A stretch of 64,000 nt of DNA from Nanobdellati archaeon (GCA_019429005.1 JAHYJR010000005.1:32001-96000); one strand, 5' to 3'; shown: positions 18,398-29,359, numbered from the stretch's first letter. The notes: generated from the sequence alone by a model not told the origin. Translations and numbers: made by a program.

Positions 18398-19729
18398 ATG
18401 CAGGCGGTAATACTTGCAGCTGGTGTGGGCAAACGGATGAGGCCTTTTAGTTATATTAGGCCTAAGCCTATGATGCCTATATTAAATAAACCCATTTTGG
18501 AACATACTTTAGAAGAGTTACAAGGGCTTGTTGATGAAGTTATAATTGTTACAAGTTATTTAGAACATAAAATCCAGGATTATTTCGGAGCGTATTTCAA
18601 AGATATTAGGATTATGTATGTGACACAAAAAAAGTCTTTAGGTACAGCACATGCTTTGCTTTCAGCACATTCTTTAATTAAGAATCGTTTTATTGTATTA
18701 AATGGTGATGATTTATACAGCAATGCGGATTTTAAAAATATGTTGAAATATAAATATTGTGTTCTTGCAAAATCTGTTGATAATCCAGAATCTTTTGGTA
18801 TTCTTACACTTTCAGGAAATAAGATCATCCAAATTATTGAGAAACCTAAAAACCCGCAAACAAATATAGCAAATACTGGTGCGTATGTTCTTGATAAATC
18901 TATATTTAAGATTATTAGTTATCTTGATAAATCTGAGCGCGGCGAATATGAACTTACTGACGCCGTATCAAAATTATTAGATTTAGATGATGTTTATTGT
19001 ATTATGGTAGAAGATTTATGGCTTTCTATAAGATACTTACATGATGTCTTATATGCTAACACCTTTAAGTTAAATAAACTTGCAGGGCTGTACAAACAAT
19101 CTATTATTAGTCCCCTAGCAATCGTTGAAAATCAATCATCTTTAAACGGTTTTGTTAAAATCGGAAAAAACACAATTATTAAAAATGGCACATATATAGA
19201 GGGGCCTGTTATAATTGGTGATAATTGTGTTATTGGTCCAACTGCATTTATACGCTCTGGAACAACTATAGGAAATAATTGTCATATTGGAAGTTTTTGT
19301 GAAGTAAAAAATAGTATTGTTATGAATAACACAAAAATTCCTCATCTTTCATATGTTGGAGATTCTGTAATTGGGGAAAACTGCAATCTTGGTGCTGGAA
19401 CAAAAACAGCTAATTTAAGGCATGATTGTCTGCCTGTTAAGATAACTTATAATGGAGAGACTGTTGTTGCTAGTGATCTTATTAAAGTTGGTACTTTTAT
19501 AGCGGATTACACAAAAACAGCAATTGACACAAAATTGAATCCTGGTGTTGTTATTGGTCCGTTTTCATGGACTTTACCAGGTTCTTATGTCTCTGGTGTA
19601 ATACCTCCATTTCATCTTCATATGCGTGATTCAATAAGCACTATAAAAGAAAAACATATTGATAGTATTGTAAAAGAAGATTGCGATAAATTATTGCTTA
19701 AAAAGCTATATTCTGAAATGATTATTTAA
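18398..19729 (+). CDS. glmU: Bifunctional sugar-1-phosphate nucleotidyltransferase/acetyltransferase (archaeal GlmU)
   Basis: QAVILAAGVGKRMRP, RPKPM, LGTAHA, SERGEYELTD, then hexapeptide repeats with HLSYVGDS and NLGAGT. Confidence 0.88.
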   Translation: MQAVILAAGVGKRMRPFSYIRPKPMMPILNKPILEHTLEELQGLVDEVIIVTSYLEHKIQDYFGAYFKDIRIMYVTQKKSLGTAHALLSAHSLIKNRFIVLNGDDLYSNADFKNMLKYKYCVLAKSVDNPESFGILTLSGNKIIQIIEKPKNPQTNIANTGAYVLDKSIFKIISYLDKSERGEYELTDAVSKLLDLDDVYCIMVEDLWLSIRYLHDVLYANTFKLNKLAGLYKQSIISPLAIVENQSSLNGFVKIGKNTIIKNGTYIEGPVIIGDNCVIGPTAFIRSGTTIGNNCHIGSFCEVKNSIVMNNTKIPHLSYVGDSVIGENCNLGAGTKTANLRHDCLPVKITYNGETVVASDLIKVGTFIADYTKTAIDTKLNPGVVIGPFSWTLPGSYVSGVIPPFHLHMRDSISTIKEKHIDSIVKEDCDKLLLKKLYSEMII

Positions 19730-19884
19730 ATTGTATACTCACATGAACATATAAACAAGACATATAAAACTTCGTGTTGAAAATAATTTATTAAATTATA
19801 CAAATATCTTGTAATAGTTTATAAGATTTTTTTTGTATATTATTCTATTTAAAATATAAAATACGGTTAAGAGTGTGAATTGAT

Positions 19885-21534
19885 ATGAACAACGGATATT
19901 TTGGTCAACAGCCAATTATAGTAGTACCAGAAGGTACATTACGTGAGCAAGGTAAAAATGCTCAGAAATCAAACATAGCTGCAGCAATAATTGTTGCTGA
20001 TGCGGTACGAACAACACTTGGTCCAAAAGGTATGGATAAGATGCTTGTAGATGCTATGGGTGATATCGTCATAACAAATGATGGTGTAACAATCTTGGAA
20101 GAGATGGAAATACAGCACCCTGCAGCTAAAATGGTCGTTGAGGTTGCAAAGACACAAGATTCAGAAGTTGGAGATGGTACAACAACAGCTGCAATACTTA
20201 CTGGTGAATTACTAAAAAAAGCAGAAATTCTTCTTGAGCAAAAGATACATCCTACAATAATCACACAGGGTTATAGGATGGCAAAAATAAAAGCTCTCGA
20301 ATTACTTAATTCTATTGCTATGGATGTTACAATAAAAGATAAAGATACTTTGATTAGTATTGCAAAAACATCAATGACTGGTAAATACAGCGAGATTGGT
20401 AAAGAGCATTTAGCAGATATCGCAGTTGATGCTATATTACAGGTCGCATCTAAAGAGAATGGGGAAGTTATAATCGATATGGACCAGATAAAAATAGAGA
20501 AAAAAGTTGGTGGCTCTATTGATGATACAAAATTTATAAGTGGTCTAATTTTAGATAAGGATCGTGTACATAACGCAATGCCTACACAAGTTAAAGATGC
20601 AAAAATTTTACTTCTTAATGCTGCAATCGAAGTTAAAGATACTGAAACTGATGCTCAGATAAGAATTACAGACCCATCTCAGCTTCAAGCATATGTAGAT
20701 CAAGAAGAAACTATGCTTAAGAATATGGTACAGAAAGTGATTGATTCTGGTGCAAATGTATTATTCTGTCAGAAAGGTATTGATGACCTTGCACAATATT
20801 ATCTTTCAAAAGCAGGAATTTTTGCTGCAAGAAGACTTAAGAAAAGTGATATGGATTCACTTTCAAAAGCAACAGACGGTAATGTTTTAACAAGTCTTGA
20901 TGACATAAAATCAAGTGATTTTGGTCATGCTGGTCTTGTTGAAGAGAAAAAAGTCGGTGGCGAAGCTATGATTTTTGTTGAGAAATGTAAAGATCCAAAA
21001 GCTGTATCTATTTTGATTCGTGGTGGAACTGCGCATGTCATTGATGAAATTGAAAGAGCTATGAAAGATGCACTAGGTGGTGTTTCTTCTAGTATTTCTG
21101 TTGGTAAAGTTGTAGCTGGTGGCGGTGCTTCTGAATGTGAAGTTGCAAAAGCTCTTAGAGCTTATGCAGATAAAATTGGTGGTCGTGAACAGCTTGCTAT
21201 AAACGCATTTGCTGATGCTATCGAAGTAATACCAAAAACACTTTCTGAAAATGCTGGTATTGATTCAATAGATGTGCTTGTTGAATTACGGCAAAGGCAC
21301 GATAAAGGTGACATATGGGCTGGTATTGATGTATTCAAAAACAAAGTTATTGATATGCATAAAGAAGGTGTTCTTGAACCTTTGAAAATTAAGACTCAAG
21401 CAATATCTAGTGCAAGTGAAGCAACTGAAATGATTTTAAGAATTGATGATGTAATCTCTGCAAGCCGACTTGGTGGTGGTCATGCTCCTGATATGGGTGG
21501 TATGCCTCCAGGTATGGGTGGTATGGGAATGTAA
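19885..21534 (+). CDS. thsA: Thermosome (group II chaperonin) subunit
   Basis: [29 protein letters not shown] and a GGM tail. Confidence 0.96.
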   Translation: MNNGYFGQQPIIVVPEGTLREQGKNAQKSNIAAAIIVADAVRTTLGPKGMDKMLVDAMGDIVITNDGVTILEEMEIQHPAAKMVVEVAKTQDSEVGDGTTTAAILTGELLKKAEILLEQKIHPTIITQGYRMAKIKALELLNSIAMDVTIKDKDTLISIAKTSMTGKYSEIGKEHLADIAVDAILQVASKENGEVIIDMDQIKIEKKVGGSIDDTKFISGLILDKDRVHNAMPTQVKDAKILLLNAAIEVKDTETDAQIRITDPSQLQAYVDQEETMLKNMVQKVIDSGANVLFCQKGIDDLAQYYLSKAGIFAARRLKKSDMDSLSKATDGNVLTSLDDIKSSDFGHAGLVEEKKVGGEAMIFVEKCKDPKAVSILIRGGTAHVIDEIERAMKDALGGVSSSISVGKVVAGGGASECEVAKALRAYADKIGGREQLAINAFADAIEVIPKTLSENAGIDSIDVLVELRQRHDKGDIWAGIDVFKNKVIDMHKEGVLEPLKIKTQAISSASEATEMILRIDDVISASRLGGGHAPDMGGMPPGMGGMGM

Positions 21535-21566
21535 AGGTTAAAACCTTTACTTTTTTAATTTTTTTA
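21531..21566 (+). terminator. Hairpin plus T-tract after the thermosome gene
   Basis: GTAAAGGTT-aa-AACCTTTAC followed by TTTTTT. Confidence 0.65.
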
Positions 21567-21732
21567 AATTTATATTGTCTTAATTACTCATTCTTTTTCT
21601 TAACTTTGTTATTTTTTTGATTCTTATTTGTCAGATGGAAAACTATATATACTACAAAAAACTAACTAATATTCATAACATGTGACGGTAATTAGTTTTA
21701 TTGCTGTTTTTTAATACTTAAGAGGGATTAAA

Positions 21733-22284
21733 ATGCCAAATGATGATGCAAATATATATGGTTCTGATAATGATGATTATGAAGTAGTTCCTTTGACACC
21801 AATAAGACGTCTTGAGAAAAGATTAACTACCGTTGAATCTACTAGATCTCTTGGAAATCTTGAGCGGCTTATGGATAAAATTATTGATATGGTTGAACTT
21901 AATCAAAGAATTGTAGATGAAATGATAAAAGCAAATACTGGTTTAAGAGATACAGTAGGTATTCTTGTAAATAAGATGGATAGTCTTAATGATAAAATTA
22001 CAAATTTTGTAAATATTGTTGCTGATGCTGGTAAAGAAGAAAGTGAAGAATCTGATTCGATTATAGCTGTGAAAGGAATTATTGAACCACTTATACAAAA
22101 TATTGTTAATACTAATGAAAAGCTTATAAAAAGTAATGAGCTTGTAACAACAAGTTTATCTACAATTGATAAACGTCTTAAGAGGTTACAACCGGGTTCG
22201 GATGTTCAACAATCTATGCCAACAGCACAACCACAAGGTTCATATCCTCAAGGATCACAAGGTAATACAGGATATACTCAATAA
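21733..22284 (+). CDS. Cytoplasmic coiled-coil protein at the head of the pilus locus
   Basis: GAGGG RBS; heptad-rich helices and a Q/P/G-rich tail. Confidence 0.75.
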   Translation: MPNDDANIYGSDNDDYEVVPLTPIRRLEKRLTTVESTRSLGNLERLMDKIIDMVELNQRIVDEMIKANTGLRDTVGILVNKMDSLNDKITNFVNIVADAGKEESEESDSIIAVKGIIEPLIQNIVNTNEKLIKSNELVTTSLSTIDKRLKRLQPGSDVQQSMPTAQPQGSYPQGSQGNTGYTQ

Positions 22285-22295
22285 AATGTGATATT

Positions 22296-22511
22296 ATGAA
22301 ATTAGGTACAAAAACGCTAGAATATTTTCTTTTAGTATGTCTTGCAATAATTGTTGTTTTAAATTTCATGTTACTTACTGGTGCAATGTTATCTGGTATA
22401 GATAATACTGATTTGTTGAATATGTTTGTATTATTGATATTAGGTACACAGTTTGTGATTACTATCATATTGTTGAGAATTTATGAGCAATTATCAACAA
22501 AAAAACATTAG
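22296..22511 (+). CDS. Small two-TM membrane protein
   Basis: Two hydrophobic helices; GTGAT RBS. Confidence 0.7.
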   Translation: MKLGTKTLEYFLLVCLAIIVVLNFMLLTGAMLSGIDNTDLLNMFVLLILGTQFVITIILLRIYEQLSTKKH

Positions 22512-22575
22512 TTAACAAAAAAAGTAATTAATAAAAAAACATAATATTTCAAAAAATTATATTTGAGGGATTTAA

Positions 22576-23109
22576 ATGGAAATGAAATTTTTCGCTAAAA
22601 AACGAAAGGGTGTAACACCCATAATTGCGATTGTACTTCTGCTTATGATGACAGTTGCAGCAGGCGGTATGGCTTGGCAGTTCATACAAAGTACAATGGA
22701 ACAGCAGCAACAATCTGCTGAGAAAGAATTGACTAAAATGAGTCAGTCACAGCTTAGTGTTCTTGAAGGTAACGGTACTGTTGGTACAGGTACAATGATT
22801 TCCTTTTTTATAAAGAATCCTGGTGCTGGTTCTAGTTTGACTCTTTCAGATTCTATTGTAAAAATCAATGGTTATCTTGATAAGAGTTTAACTTCAACAG
22901 AAGGTATATTTTCAGGTAGTTGTACTGCAGGTATAATCGCTTCAGGTTCTACATGTTATTTAAATATGGATTTAACTAATGCTGAAAATACAGTAAAGTT
23001 TCCAAATGTTGGTAATACTTTGAATGTTGAAATTATTTCAAATACTGGACAGACTATAATATATTCCTGTACGCCTTCAAGAGTTGTTGGTGGTATTGGT
23101 TACTGTTAA
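22576..23109 (+). CDS. Type IV pilin, probable major pilin
   Basis: Class III signal peptide KKRKG|VTPIIAIVLLLMMTVAAGG, strong RBS and its own terminator. Confidence 0.9.
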   Translation: MEMKFFAKKRKGVTPIIAIVLLLMMTVAAGGMAWQFIQSTMEQQQQSAEKELTKMSQSQLSVLEGNGTVGTGTMISFFIKNPGAGSSLTLSDSIVKINGYLDKSLTSTEGIFSGSCTAGIIASGSTCYLNMDLTNAENTVKFPNVGNTLNVEIISNTGQTIIYSCTPSRVVGGIGYC

Positions 23110-23118
23110 ATTTAATTT

Positions 23119-23164
23119 AAGTTAATGTTTAAACACATTAACTTTTTTATTTTTTATTTTTTTT
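23119..23164 (+). terminator. Hairpin plus T-tract after the pilin gene
   Basis: AAGTTAATGT-ttaaac-ACATTAACTT followed by T-runs. Confidence 0.65.
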
Positions 23165-23205
23165 CTAACAACTATCTATATATACAATAAAAATCAATTA
23201 TTTTT

Positions 23206-23457
23206 ATGTCAAAAGATAATAGCCCAATTGTTTCTATATCAATACTATTATTGTTATCAATGACGATATTCGCATTAAGTGCATCTTTATTATGGGTTGA
23301 AACTATTGGTACTAATCAATCCGATTCTCTCTCAGATCTTATTATTATACAAAAAGAAAAAATAAGTAGTTTAGATCAATCACAAGATTTATCTAATATT
23401 GGTATCACAGATAATAATTTACAAGATTCATTTATATCTGATTATAGTTATAAATAA
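23206..23457 (+). CDS. Short pilin-like membrane protein with a degenerate class III signal
   Basis: MSKDNSPIVSISILLLLSMTI parallels the pilin N-terminus but lacks the K/R-G cleavage site. Confidence 0.5.
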   Translation: MSKDNSPIVSISILLLLSMTIFALSASLLWVETIGTNQSDSLSDLIIIQKEKISSLDQSQDLSNIGITDNNLQDSFISDYSYK

Positions 23458-23506
23458 TCCCCTTTTTTTATCAAAAATATATATGCTAATGTGTATAATA
23501 TAATGT

Positions 23507-24433
23507 ATGAGATCTTGTATTAGTCGTAATTCTAGATATCGAAAAGCACAGACTGAAGTTATCACTATAATGATACTTACAACTATTGCTATAGCGATGG
23601 TTAGTGTAAGTTATATCTGGGGAAAACCTCTTATACAGAAAAGCCAGACAAAGACAGATATTGAGCAAGCAAAAAATTTTATGTTTACTTTAGAGGATGC
23701 TATTCGTGATGTATCTATTTATGGAGGGCAAAAAGTTCTTAATATTGATTTAAAAGGTACTCTTAAAGTGGATGGTGCGACACAAATAGCTGATGGTTCT
23801 TATAATAATCTCAATAAGGATAATTGGATAACCTATACCATTAAAACAAAAACAGTGGGTACTAGTATTTCTGATTGGGTTCCTTTAGATGGATTGAGTC
23901 CAATACGTTCAGAACAGTTTTCTGGTACTGCTACGGATTCCGTGGTAATTAATGATACAACTTGTACTGGTGTATCAATTGATTGTATATCAAAAACCGC
24001 AAGTGTATCTGGTTGTGGTATTTATGGTAGTGCAAATGGTCTTGAGGGAACATCTTTTACTTCAAAACCCGAATATAAACTAAGTTATGTGCATTGTGCA
24101 TCAACACCTTATTTTATAACTATATCTGGACCCGAAATACCAGTTCCAGGTATTATCGGTACAAATAAAGCTGGCGTTGTTATGACTAAAGCAAAAGGTA
24201 TTGGTAGTGAATATGAAGTTAATTATAAACTCGCATATAGAGAACTTGACGATTTAACTAGTGGAAATGGTTATCTTATTCAACTTGTTAAAGGTGGGAA
24301 TACCTTTGTTGGTGAAGGGCAACATAAAATATTTATAAAATCTGATAGGGATAAGGTTTTTGATGATATTAATATAGTTTCACAAGTAGGTGGACCTGTT
24401 ACAATAATGCCCGTTGTTATATATATAGAATAA
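23507..24433 (+). CDS. Minor pilin-like protein
   Basis: Class III signal YRKA|QTEVITIMILTTIAIAMVSVSYIWG. Confidence 0.8.
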   Translation: MRSCISRNSRYRKAQTEVITIMILTTIAIAMVSVSYIWGKPLIQKSQTKTDIEQAKNFMFTLEDAIRDVSIYGGQKVLNIDLKGTLKVDGATQIADGSYNNLNKDNWITYTIKTKTVGTSISDWVPLDGLSPIRSEQFSGTATDSVVINDTTCTGVSIDCISKTASVSGCGIYGSANGLEGTSFTSKPEYKLSYVHCASTPYFITISGPEIPVPGIIGTNKAGVVMTKAKGIGSEYEVNYKLAYRELDDLTSGNGYLIQLVKGGNTFVGEGQHKIFIKSDRDKVFDDINIVSQVGGPVTIMPVVIYIE

Positions 24434-24469
24434 TTGTTAAAATAGTATTATAGGTGTAAAATAATTAAT

Positions 24470-24907
24470 TTGAGACCGCTATTATCTTATCGAAGAAAAG
24501 GTCAGAATATGACCTTGGAAGAGGTAATGCTTATTGCAGTTGGTGTTATGATCCTTATGGGTACCTATTCATCATTTGTGTTTATGAAAACACAAGTATC
24601 TTATAAAATACAAGAAAGTTATGGTGAAGAAGTATTGAACTATGTGATTTCAAACATATATAAGTTGATAGATCTTAACTTGACTGACGGCTATATCATG
24701 ATTGAACTTCCTGATGTCATAGGTGAAGATTATTATATTATTTCAAAAGGTGTCAAAAAAAATGATATTATGTTAAAATTTAATAATGGTCGTATATTGT
24801 CTAAGAATGCAGGTATTAGTGTCTTTGGACAATCAGCAAGTACGGATAAATGGATTATGCTTAATTATTATAATAATTCAATACAATTAAAAGGGGTTAA
24901 TGAGTAA
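24470..24907 (+). CDS. Minor pilin-like protein
   Basis: RRKG|QNMTLEEVMLIAVGVMIL and an IELPDVIG motif. Confidence 0.8.
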   Translation: MRPLLSYRRKGQNMTLEEVMLIAVGVMILMGTYSSFVFMKTQVSYKIQESYGEEVLNYVISNIYKLIDLNLTDGYIMIELPDVIGEDYYIISKGVKKNDIMLKFNNGRILSKNAGISVFGQSASTDKWIMLNYYNNSIQLKGVNE

Positions 24908-26735
24908 TATGAAAGTTTCAGTTAAAAAATCATTTTCAAAACTTGCAAAGTCTTATAATACGTATAGATTAGCCTCTAATAAAAAAGCACTTTTTATGGA
25001 ACAAAATGATGGTAATTCATCTACAAATAATATTAATAATAATACTAATACTAGTTCTATTACGCACGTAAAAGAAATTGTTAAATATGTTGATTCTAAA
25101 GATAGTTCAAATAGTGATAATAAACAGTATAATGATGGTTCTAGTGAGGATGTTGATTATACTCCGGTAGACATAGGTAATTTGTTTGTCACTAAGAAAA
25201 ATATACTTAAACAACATGAACATGAGTTGGAGGAGGTTGACGTAAAATATCCTGTAACTCCTGTTGCACCAAAAAATGGTGAGAAAATATATGCTTGGGT
25301 AAATATTAAATGGGACAAAACGGATAATTCTTTAGTATATTACATAATTGAACCTTATGTGACTGCAGAAGATCTAAAACGTATAGATCAGATAAAAAAA
25401 GTTATTGAAGAAGAAATAGATATAGATTTTCAATCTTTCAATAAGGAAAGTGCAAAAGATTATCTTACAGATAATTTGAAGGTCATTATTGACCGTTTTG
25501 GTGTTACAATTGGTGCCGAGAAAATGGATGTTTATAAGTATTATGTTTTACGTGATTTTATAGGTTTTGGGGCATTACAACCAATATTAGATGATGAGAA
25601 TATTGAAGATATTAGTTGTGATGGTTCTGATATACCTATATTTGTATACCATAGAGATCCTCGTTTTGGTTCAATTAAAACATCCGTTCTGCTTGATGAT
25701 GCTTATCTTGATGATCTTGTTATGAAAATGGCTCAAAGGTCAGGTAGGAGTATATCTATGGCAGAACCTATTTTACAAGGTGCTCTTCCAGATGGGTCTA
25801 GGGTACAAGCTACTCTTGCAACAGATGTTGCAACACGTGGTTCTAATTTTACAATACGTAAATTTTCAAAAGAACCACATACACCCGTAAATATGCTTAA
25901 ATATAAGACAATGGATTCTAAACTGTTATCATATCTTTGGTTTGCTATAGAAAATAGTAAATCTGTATTTGTTGTTGGTGCAACTGCTGCAGGTAAAACA
26001 TCTCTTCTTAATGCATTATCTCTTTTCATAAAACCAGATTTTAAAATTGTAAGTATTGAAGATACTCCCGAAATACAGTTACCTCATGAGCATTGGGTTG
26101 CAGAAGTTGCTCGAACTGAGACTGAAGAAGGTCCCAAAAAGAAAGGTAGTGTTGATATGTTTGAGCTTCTTAAGGGTTCTTTAAGGCAAAGACCCGATTT
26201 TATCATAGTGGGTGAAATTAGGGGTATTGAAGCTAGTGTACTTTTCCAGCAAATGGCAACAGGGCATCCTGGTATATCAACATTCCATGCAGATTCAATA
26301 GAAAAAGTTATTGATAGGCTTACTACAAGACCAATTAATTTATCTCCAACACTTCTTGAAAATCTTGATATTGTATTATTTGCAAAACGTCTTAGGTATA
26401 AAAATGGTTATATAAGGCGAGTTGTTGAAGTTCGTGAGATCATAAAATATGATACTGAAAAGAAAAAATTGATAACAAATAAAGTATTCTCATGGGATCC
26501 TTTAACAGATACGTTTAAAGTTGCTGCAACTAGTTATCTTCTTGGAAAAATTTCAAAACAAACAGGTATTAGTCAAAATGAAATTAAAGAAGAGATTAAA
26601 AATAGAATGAAAGTTCTTGAATGGATGGGTGATAAGTATATAACTCATTATAAACGGGTTGGTGAAGTGATAAAATCCTATTATAATAATCCCTCGGATA
26701 TATTGGAAATTATAGATGGTGAGAGTAAAAATTGA
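24900..26735 (+). CDS. Type IV pilus / type II secretion assembly ATPase (VirB11/ArlI/PilB family)
   Basis: IEDISCDG, LPDGSRV, FTIRKF, Walker A GATAAGKT, IEDTPE, LRQRPD, VGEIRG and TGH. Confidence 0.95.
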   Translation: MSNMKVSVKKSFSKLAKSYNTYRLASNKKALFMEQNDGNSSTNNINNNTNTSSITHVKEIVKYVDSKDSSNSDNKQYNDGSSEDVDYTPVDIGNLFVTKKNILKQHEHELEEVDVKYPVTPVAPKNGEKIYAWVNIKWDKTDNSLVYYIIEPYVTAEDLKRIDQIKKVIEEEIDIDFQSFNKESAKDYLTDNLKVIIDRFGVTIGAEKMDVYKYYVLRDFIGFGALQPILDDENIEDISCDGSDIPIFVYHRDPRFGSIKTSVLLDDAYLDDLVMKMAQRSGRSISMAEPILQGALPDGSRVQATLATDVATRGSNFTIRKFSKEPHTPVNMLKYKTMDSKLLSYLWFAIENSKSVFVVGATAAGKTSLLNALSLFIKPDFKIVSIEDTPEIQLPHEHWVAEVARTETEEGPKKKGSVDMFELLKGSLRQRPDFIIVGEIRGIEASVLFQQMATGHPGISTFHADSIEKVIDRLTTRPINLSPTLLENLDIVLFAKRLRYKNGYIRRVVEVREIIKYDTEKKKLITNKVFSWDPLTDTFKVAATSYLLGKISKQTGISQNEIKEEIKNRMKVLEWMGDKYITHYKRVGEVIKSYYNNPSDILEIIDGESKN

Positions 26736-26812
26736 TATAGTTTATCCCTATATCTATTTCATATATTAGATTGATACAAGTATATTTTGATATTGTTTAT
26801 TAGGTTGGTTAT

Positions 26813-27721
26813 ATGTCTTCTTCATCTTCAAATAATTCTTTAACAAATGCATTTAAAGCAATATCTGTAAAATTATTTGGAGGTCTTGTACAAAATTATC
26901 TTGCAGACCATTTAGTATTTTTAAGAAAACAAATGAAAAAAGCCGGTTTAAGTACGTCTCTTATTGATTATGTGTCAATGTCAATATTGACAAGTATCAT
27001 AGTTTTTGTTTTAGTGACCTTATCAATAACTGTCGTTGCAACATTAATAGTTTCGAATATTATAATTGGTGCATTTCTTGGATTTTTTTCAGGATTTATA
27101 TCAGGGGTGGGGATTTTATTTTTATTTTATACATATCCAGATATTTACATAGGTGAGCGTAAGAAAAAAATAGAATCTGATATGCCTTTTGTTATGCTTT
27201 ATCTTGCAGCTATGGCAGGTGGCGGTACACCTCCTGTTGCTATGTTTAGAACTTTAGCAAAATTTAAAGAGTATGGTGAAGTTGCAAAAGAAGCTGAGAA
27301 AATTGTTGAAGAAACAGATGTTCTTGGTATTGATGTATTGACTGCATTTAAAAACGCTGCTGAGCGAACACCCTCTGATCAATTAATTGATCTTTTGTGG
27401 GGTATGCGAACTGTTATAAAATCAGGTGGTGACCTTAAAGTATATCTTAGAGAACGAGCAAAAATAACTATGTCTGAATATCGTCGTCGTCTTAAGCAAT
27501 TTACCGAACAGCTCGCTATGATGACTGAGATGTATATTACTTTAGTTATTGTCGGTTCTGTTTTATTTGTAATAATAACTGCAATTATGGGTGCAATGGG
27601 TGGTTCTGGTTTTGGTCCAATTATAGTTGGTTCACAATTAGGTCTTGTATTCCTTTTACTTCCTGTAGCTTGTATAGGATTTATTGTATTTGCAAAGAGT
27701 ATATCACCAAAAGCTGATTAA
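26813..27721 (+). CDS. Type II secretion F / TadC-like pilus platform protein
   Basis: Multi-TM with YGEVAKE, AERTPS, SGGDL and EMYITL; follows the ATPase. Confidence 0.9.
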   Translation: MSSSSSNNSLTNAFKAISVKLFGGLVQNYLADHLVFLRKQMKKAGLSTSLIDYVSMSILTSIIVFVLVTLSITVVATLIVSNIIIGAFLGFFSGFISGVGILFLFYTYPDIYIGERKKKIESDMPFVMLYLAAMAGGGTPPVAMFRTLAKFKEYGEVAKEAEKIVEETDVLGIDVLTAFKNAAERTPSDQLIDLLWGMRTVIKSGGDLKVYLRERAKITMSEYRRRLKQFTEQLAMMTEMYITLVIVGSVLFVIITAIMGAMGGSGFGPIIVGSQLGLVFLLLPVACIGFIVFAKSISPKAD

Positions 27722-27730
27722 GTGAAATAT

Positions 27731-28696
27731 ATGGCTAATAATGAGATTAAATCAAAAACAAAGATAAATACAAGTTCTATTTTAAAGTATGGTTCAATAT
27801 TTTTAGGTTTTGTTATAATCTTCGTTGGTGCTACTTTTTTAATGTCTGGTGCATCAAAACAGGTTGGTATGGTACTTTTTATGGTTGGAGCTCTTGTTTC
27901 AATTGTACCTTCATCAATTTTATCTTATCTTCATTTTTCAAAATATCGTAATATGGAACTTGAATTTCCTAGATTTTTAAGAGATTTAGGTGAAGCAAAA
28001 AAGAGTGGTATGACATTTCCACAAGCGTTTGTATCTAGACGAGATACTAAATATGGTCAATTATCAGAGGAAATCAGAAAAGCTAGTAATCAATTATCAT
28101 GGGGTATACCGTTTTCAAAAGTATTGACTATGATAGTAGAACGTTTAAAAGAAAGTGCACTTTTAAGACGAACCTTTACTATAATTATAGAAGCATTTAA
28201 TGCGGGTGGTGATGTTAGTGAAGTTCTTGATGATCTTTCTAATGATGTTCAAACACTTAAGGAAATTGATGCTGAACGTACAAGTGCACTATCTCAACAA
28301 GTTATAATGATGTATTTTATATCTTTTTTATTTTTAGGGATAATATTGATGCTTTTCAATCTTTTGATACCTATGCTTAGTGCAGATGGTCTTGGTAGTA
28401 TTTCAGGTGCTGAGGGTGGTGCTCTTGTATATTGTGAATATGCAGAATTTTTATGTAGTTTATGTGATGGTTTTAATTGGGAAGGTACTGTTGCTGCTAA
28501 ACAAGCTTCATATAATGATCGAGTAACTGCAAGACAACTTTGTTATTTTAAGAGTCTATTTTTTATGATGGCCTTAATTCAAGCGATTGGTAGTGGTCTT
28601 ATCTCTGGTGAAATGAGTGAGGGTTCTGTTAAGGCGGGTGTTAAACATTGTCTTATATTAGGTATTGTGACTGTAAGTATCTTTATGATTGCTTAA
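27731..28696 (+). CDS. Type II secretion F / TadC-like pilus platform protein
   Basis: FPRFLRDL, SGMTF, YGQLSEEI, QLSWGIPF and GLISGEMSEGSVKAGVKH. Confidence 0.9.
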   Translation: MANNEIKSKTKINTSSILKYGSIFLGFVIIFVGATFLMSGASKQVGMVLFMVGALVSIVPSSILSYLHFSKYRNMELEFPRFLRDLGEAKKSGMTFPQAFVSRRDTKYGQLSEEIRKASNQLSWGIPFSKVLTMIVERLKESALLRRTFTIIIEAFNAGGDVSEVLDDLSNDVQTLKEIDAERTSALSQQVIMMYFISFLFLGIILMLFNLLIPMLSADGLGSISGAEGGALVYCEYAEFLCSLCDGFNWEGTVAAKQASYNDRVTARQLCYFKSLFFMMALIQAIGSGLISGEMSEGSVKAGVKHCLILGIVTVSIFMIA

Positions 28697-28708
28697 TGGT
28701 GTTTTTTA

Positions 28709-29359
28709 ATGAAATTATATAATCGTTGTGTGTATAAAAAACGTCAAGGTCAAGTCAATATTGATTTTATAGGTGGTTTTCTTCTTTTTATGGTTTCAGT
28801 CATTTATATCTCAACATCAGCTATAAAGATAATACCTTTATATCAAGAAAAGGTTGAATCTGATAATAATAGGCTAGAGCTTTGGACACTTTCTGAGCGT
28901 TTTATAAATTATGTTGAAAGTGAACGTTTTGTATTAGATCCTGAAAAAATGGATGACCTAACAACTATGAATTATGATGCAATCAAAAGATTATTGGGTG
29001 TTGATGAAACGAATAATTTTGTTTTAAGAGTGTATCAATACCCCATAATTACTACTGAAAAAGATATTAATGGTGATTATATTGGTATTGGATCATTTAG
29101 TGGTACAGATGTTATGTTCAATGTAACAGATACAGAGGTTTTAATAAATGGCAAATCTTTTGATTTAGGTGATGCTAAAATATTATCAGAGCGTGTATAT
29201 ACTATTGATGAGATTGATCCTTATCAAAAATATGTCATTTTAAAAACAGTACTTATTGAAAAAGATGATATTTACGAGATTAAGAAAAGTACAAGCCAAT
29301 TAGTACGTTATAGTACCTATGATAATTTTATAACAAGTATAATAATAACGTATTTTTAG
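28709..29359 (+). CDS. Minor pilin-like protein
   Basis: KKRQG|QVNIDFIGGFLLF class III signal. Confidence 0.78.
   Translation: MKLYNRCVYKKRQGQVNIDFIGGFLLFMVSVIYISTSAIKIIPLYQEKVESDNNRLELWTLSERFINYVESERFVLDPEKMDDLTTMNYDAIKRLLGVDETNNFVLRVYQYPIITTEKDINGDYIGIGSFSGTDVMFNVTDTEVLINGKSFDLGDAKILSERVYTIDEIDPYQKYVILKTVLIEKDDIYEIKKSTSQLVRYSTYDNFITSIIITYF

Noticed and set aside
22576-28696. Archaellum operon
   Set aside because: No ArlH (KaiC-like) or ArlF/G genes, and two short TadC-like genes rather than a single ArlJ.
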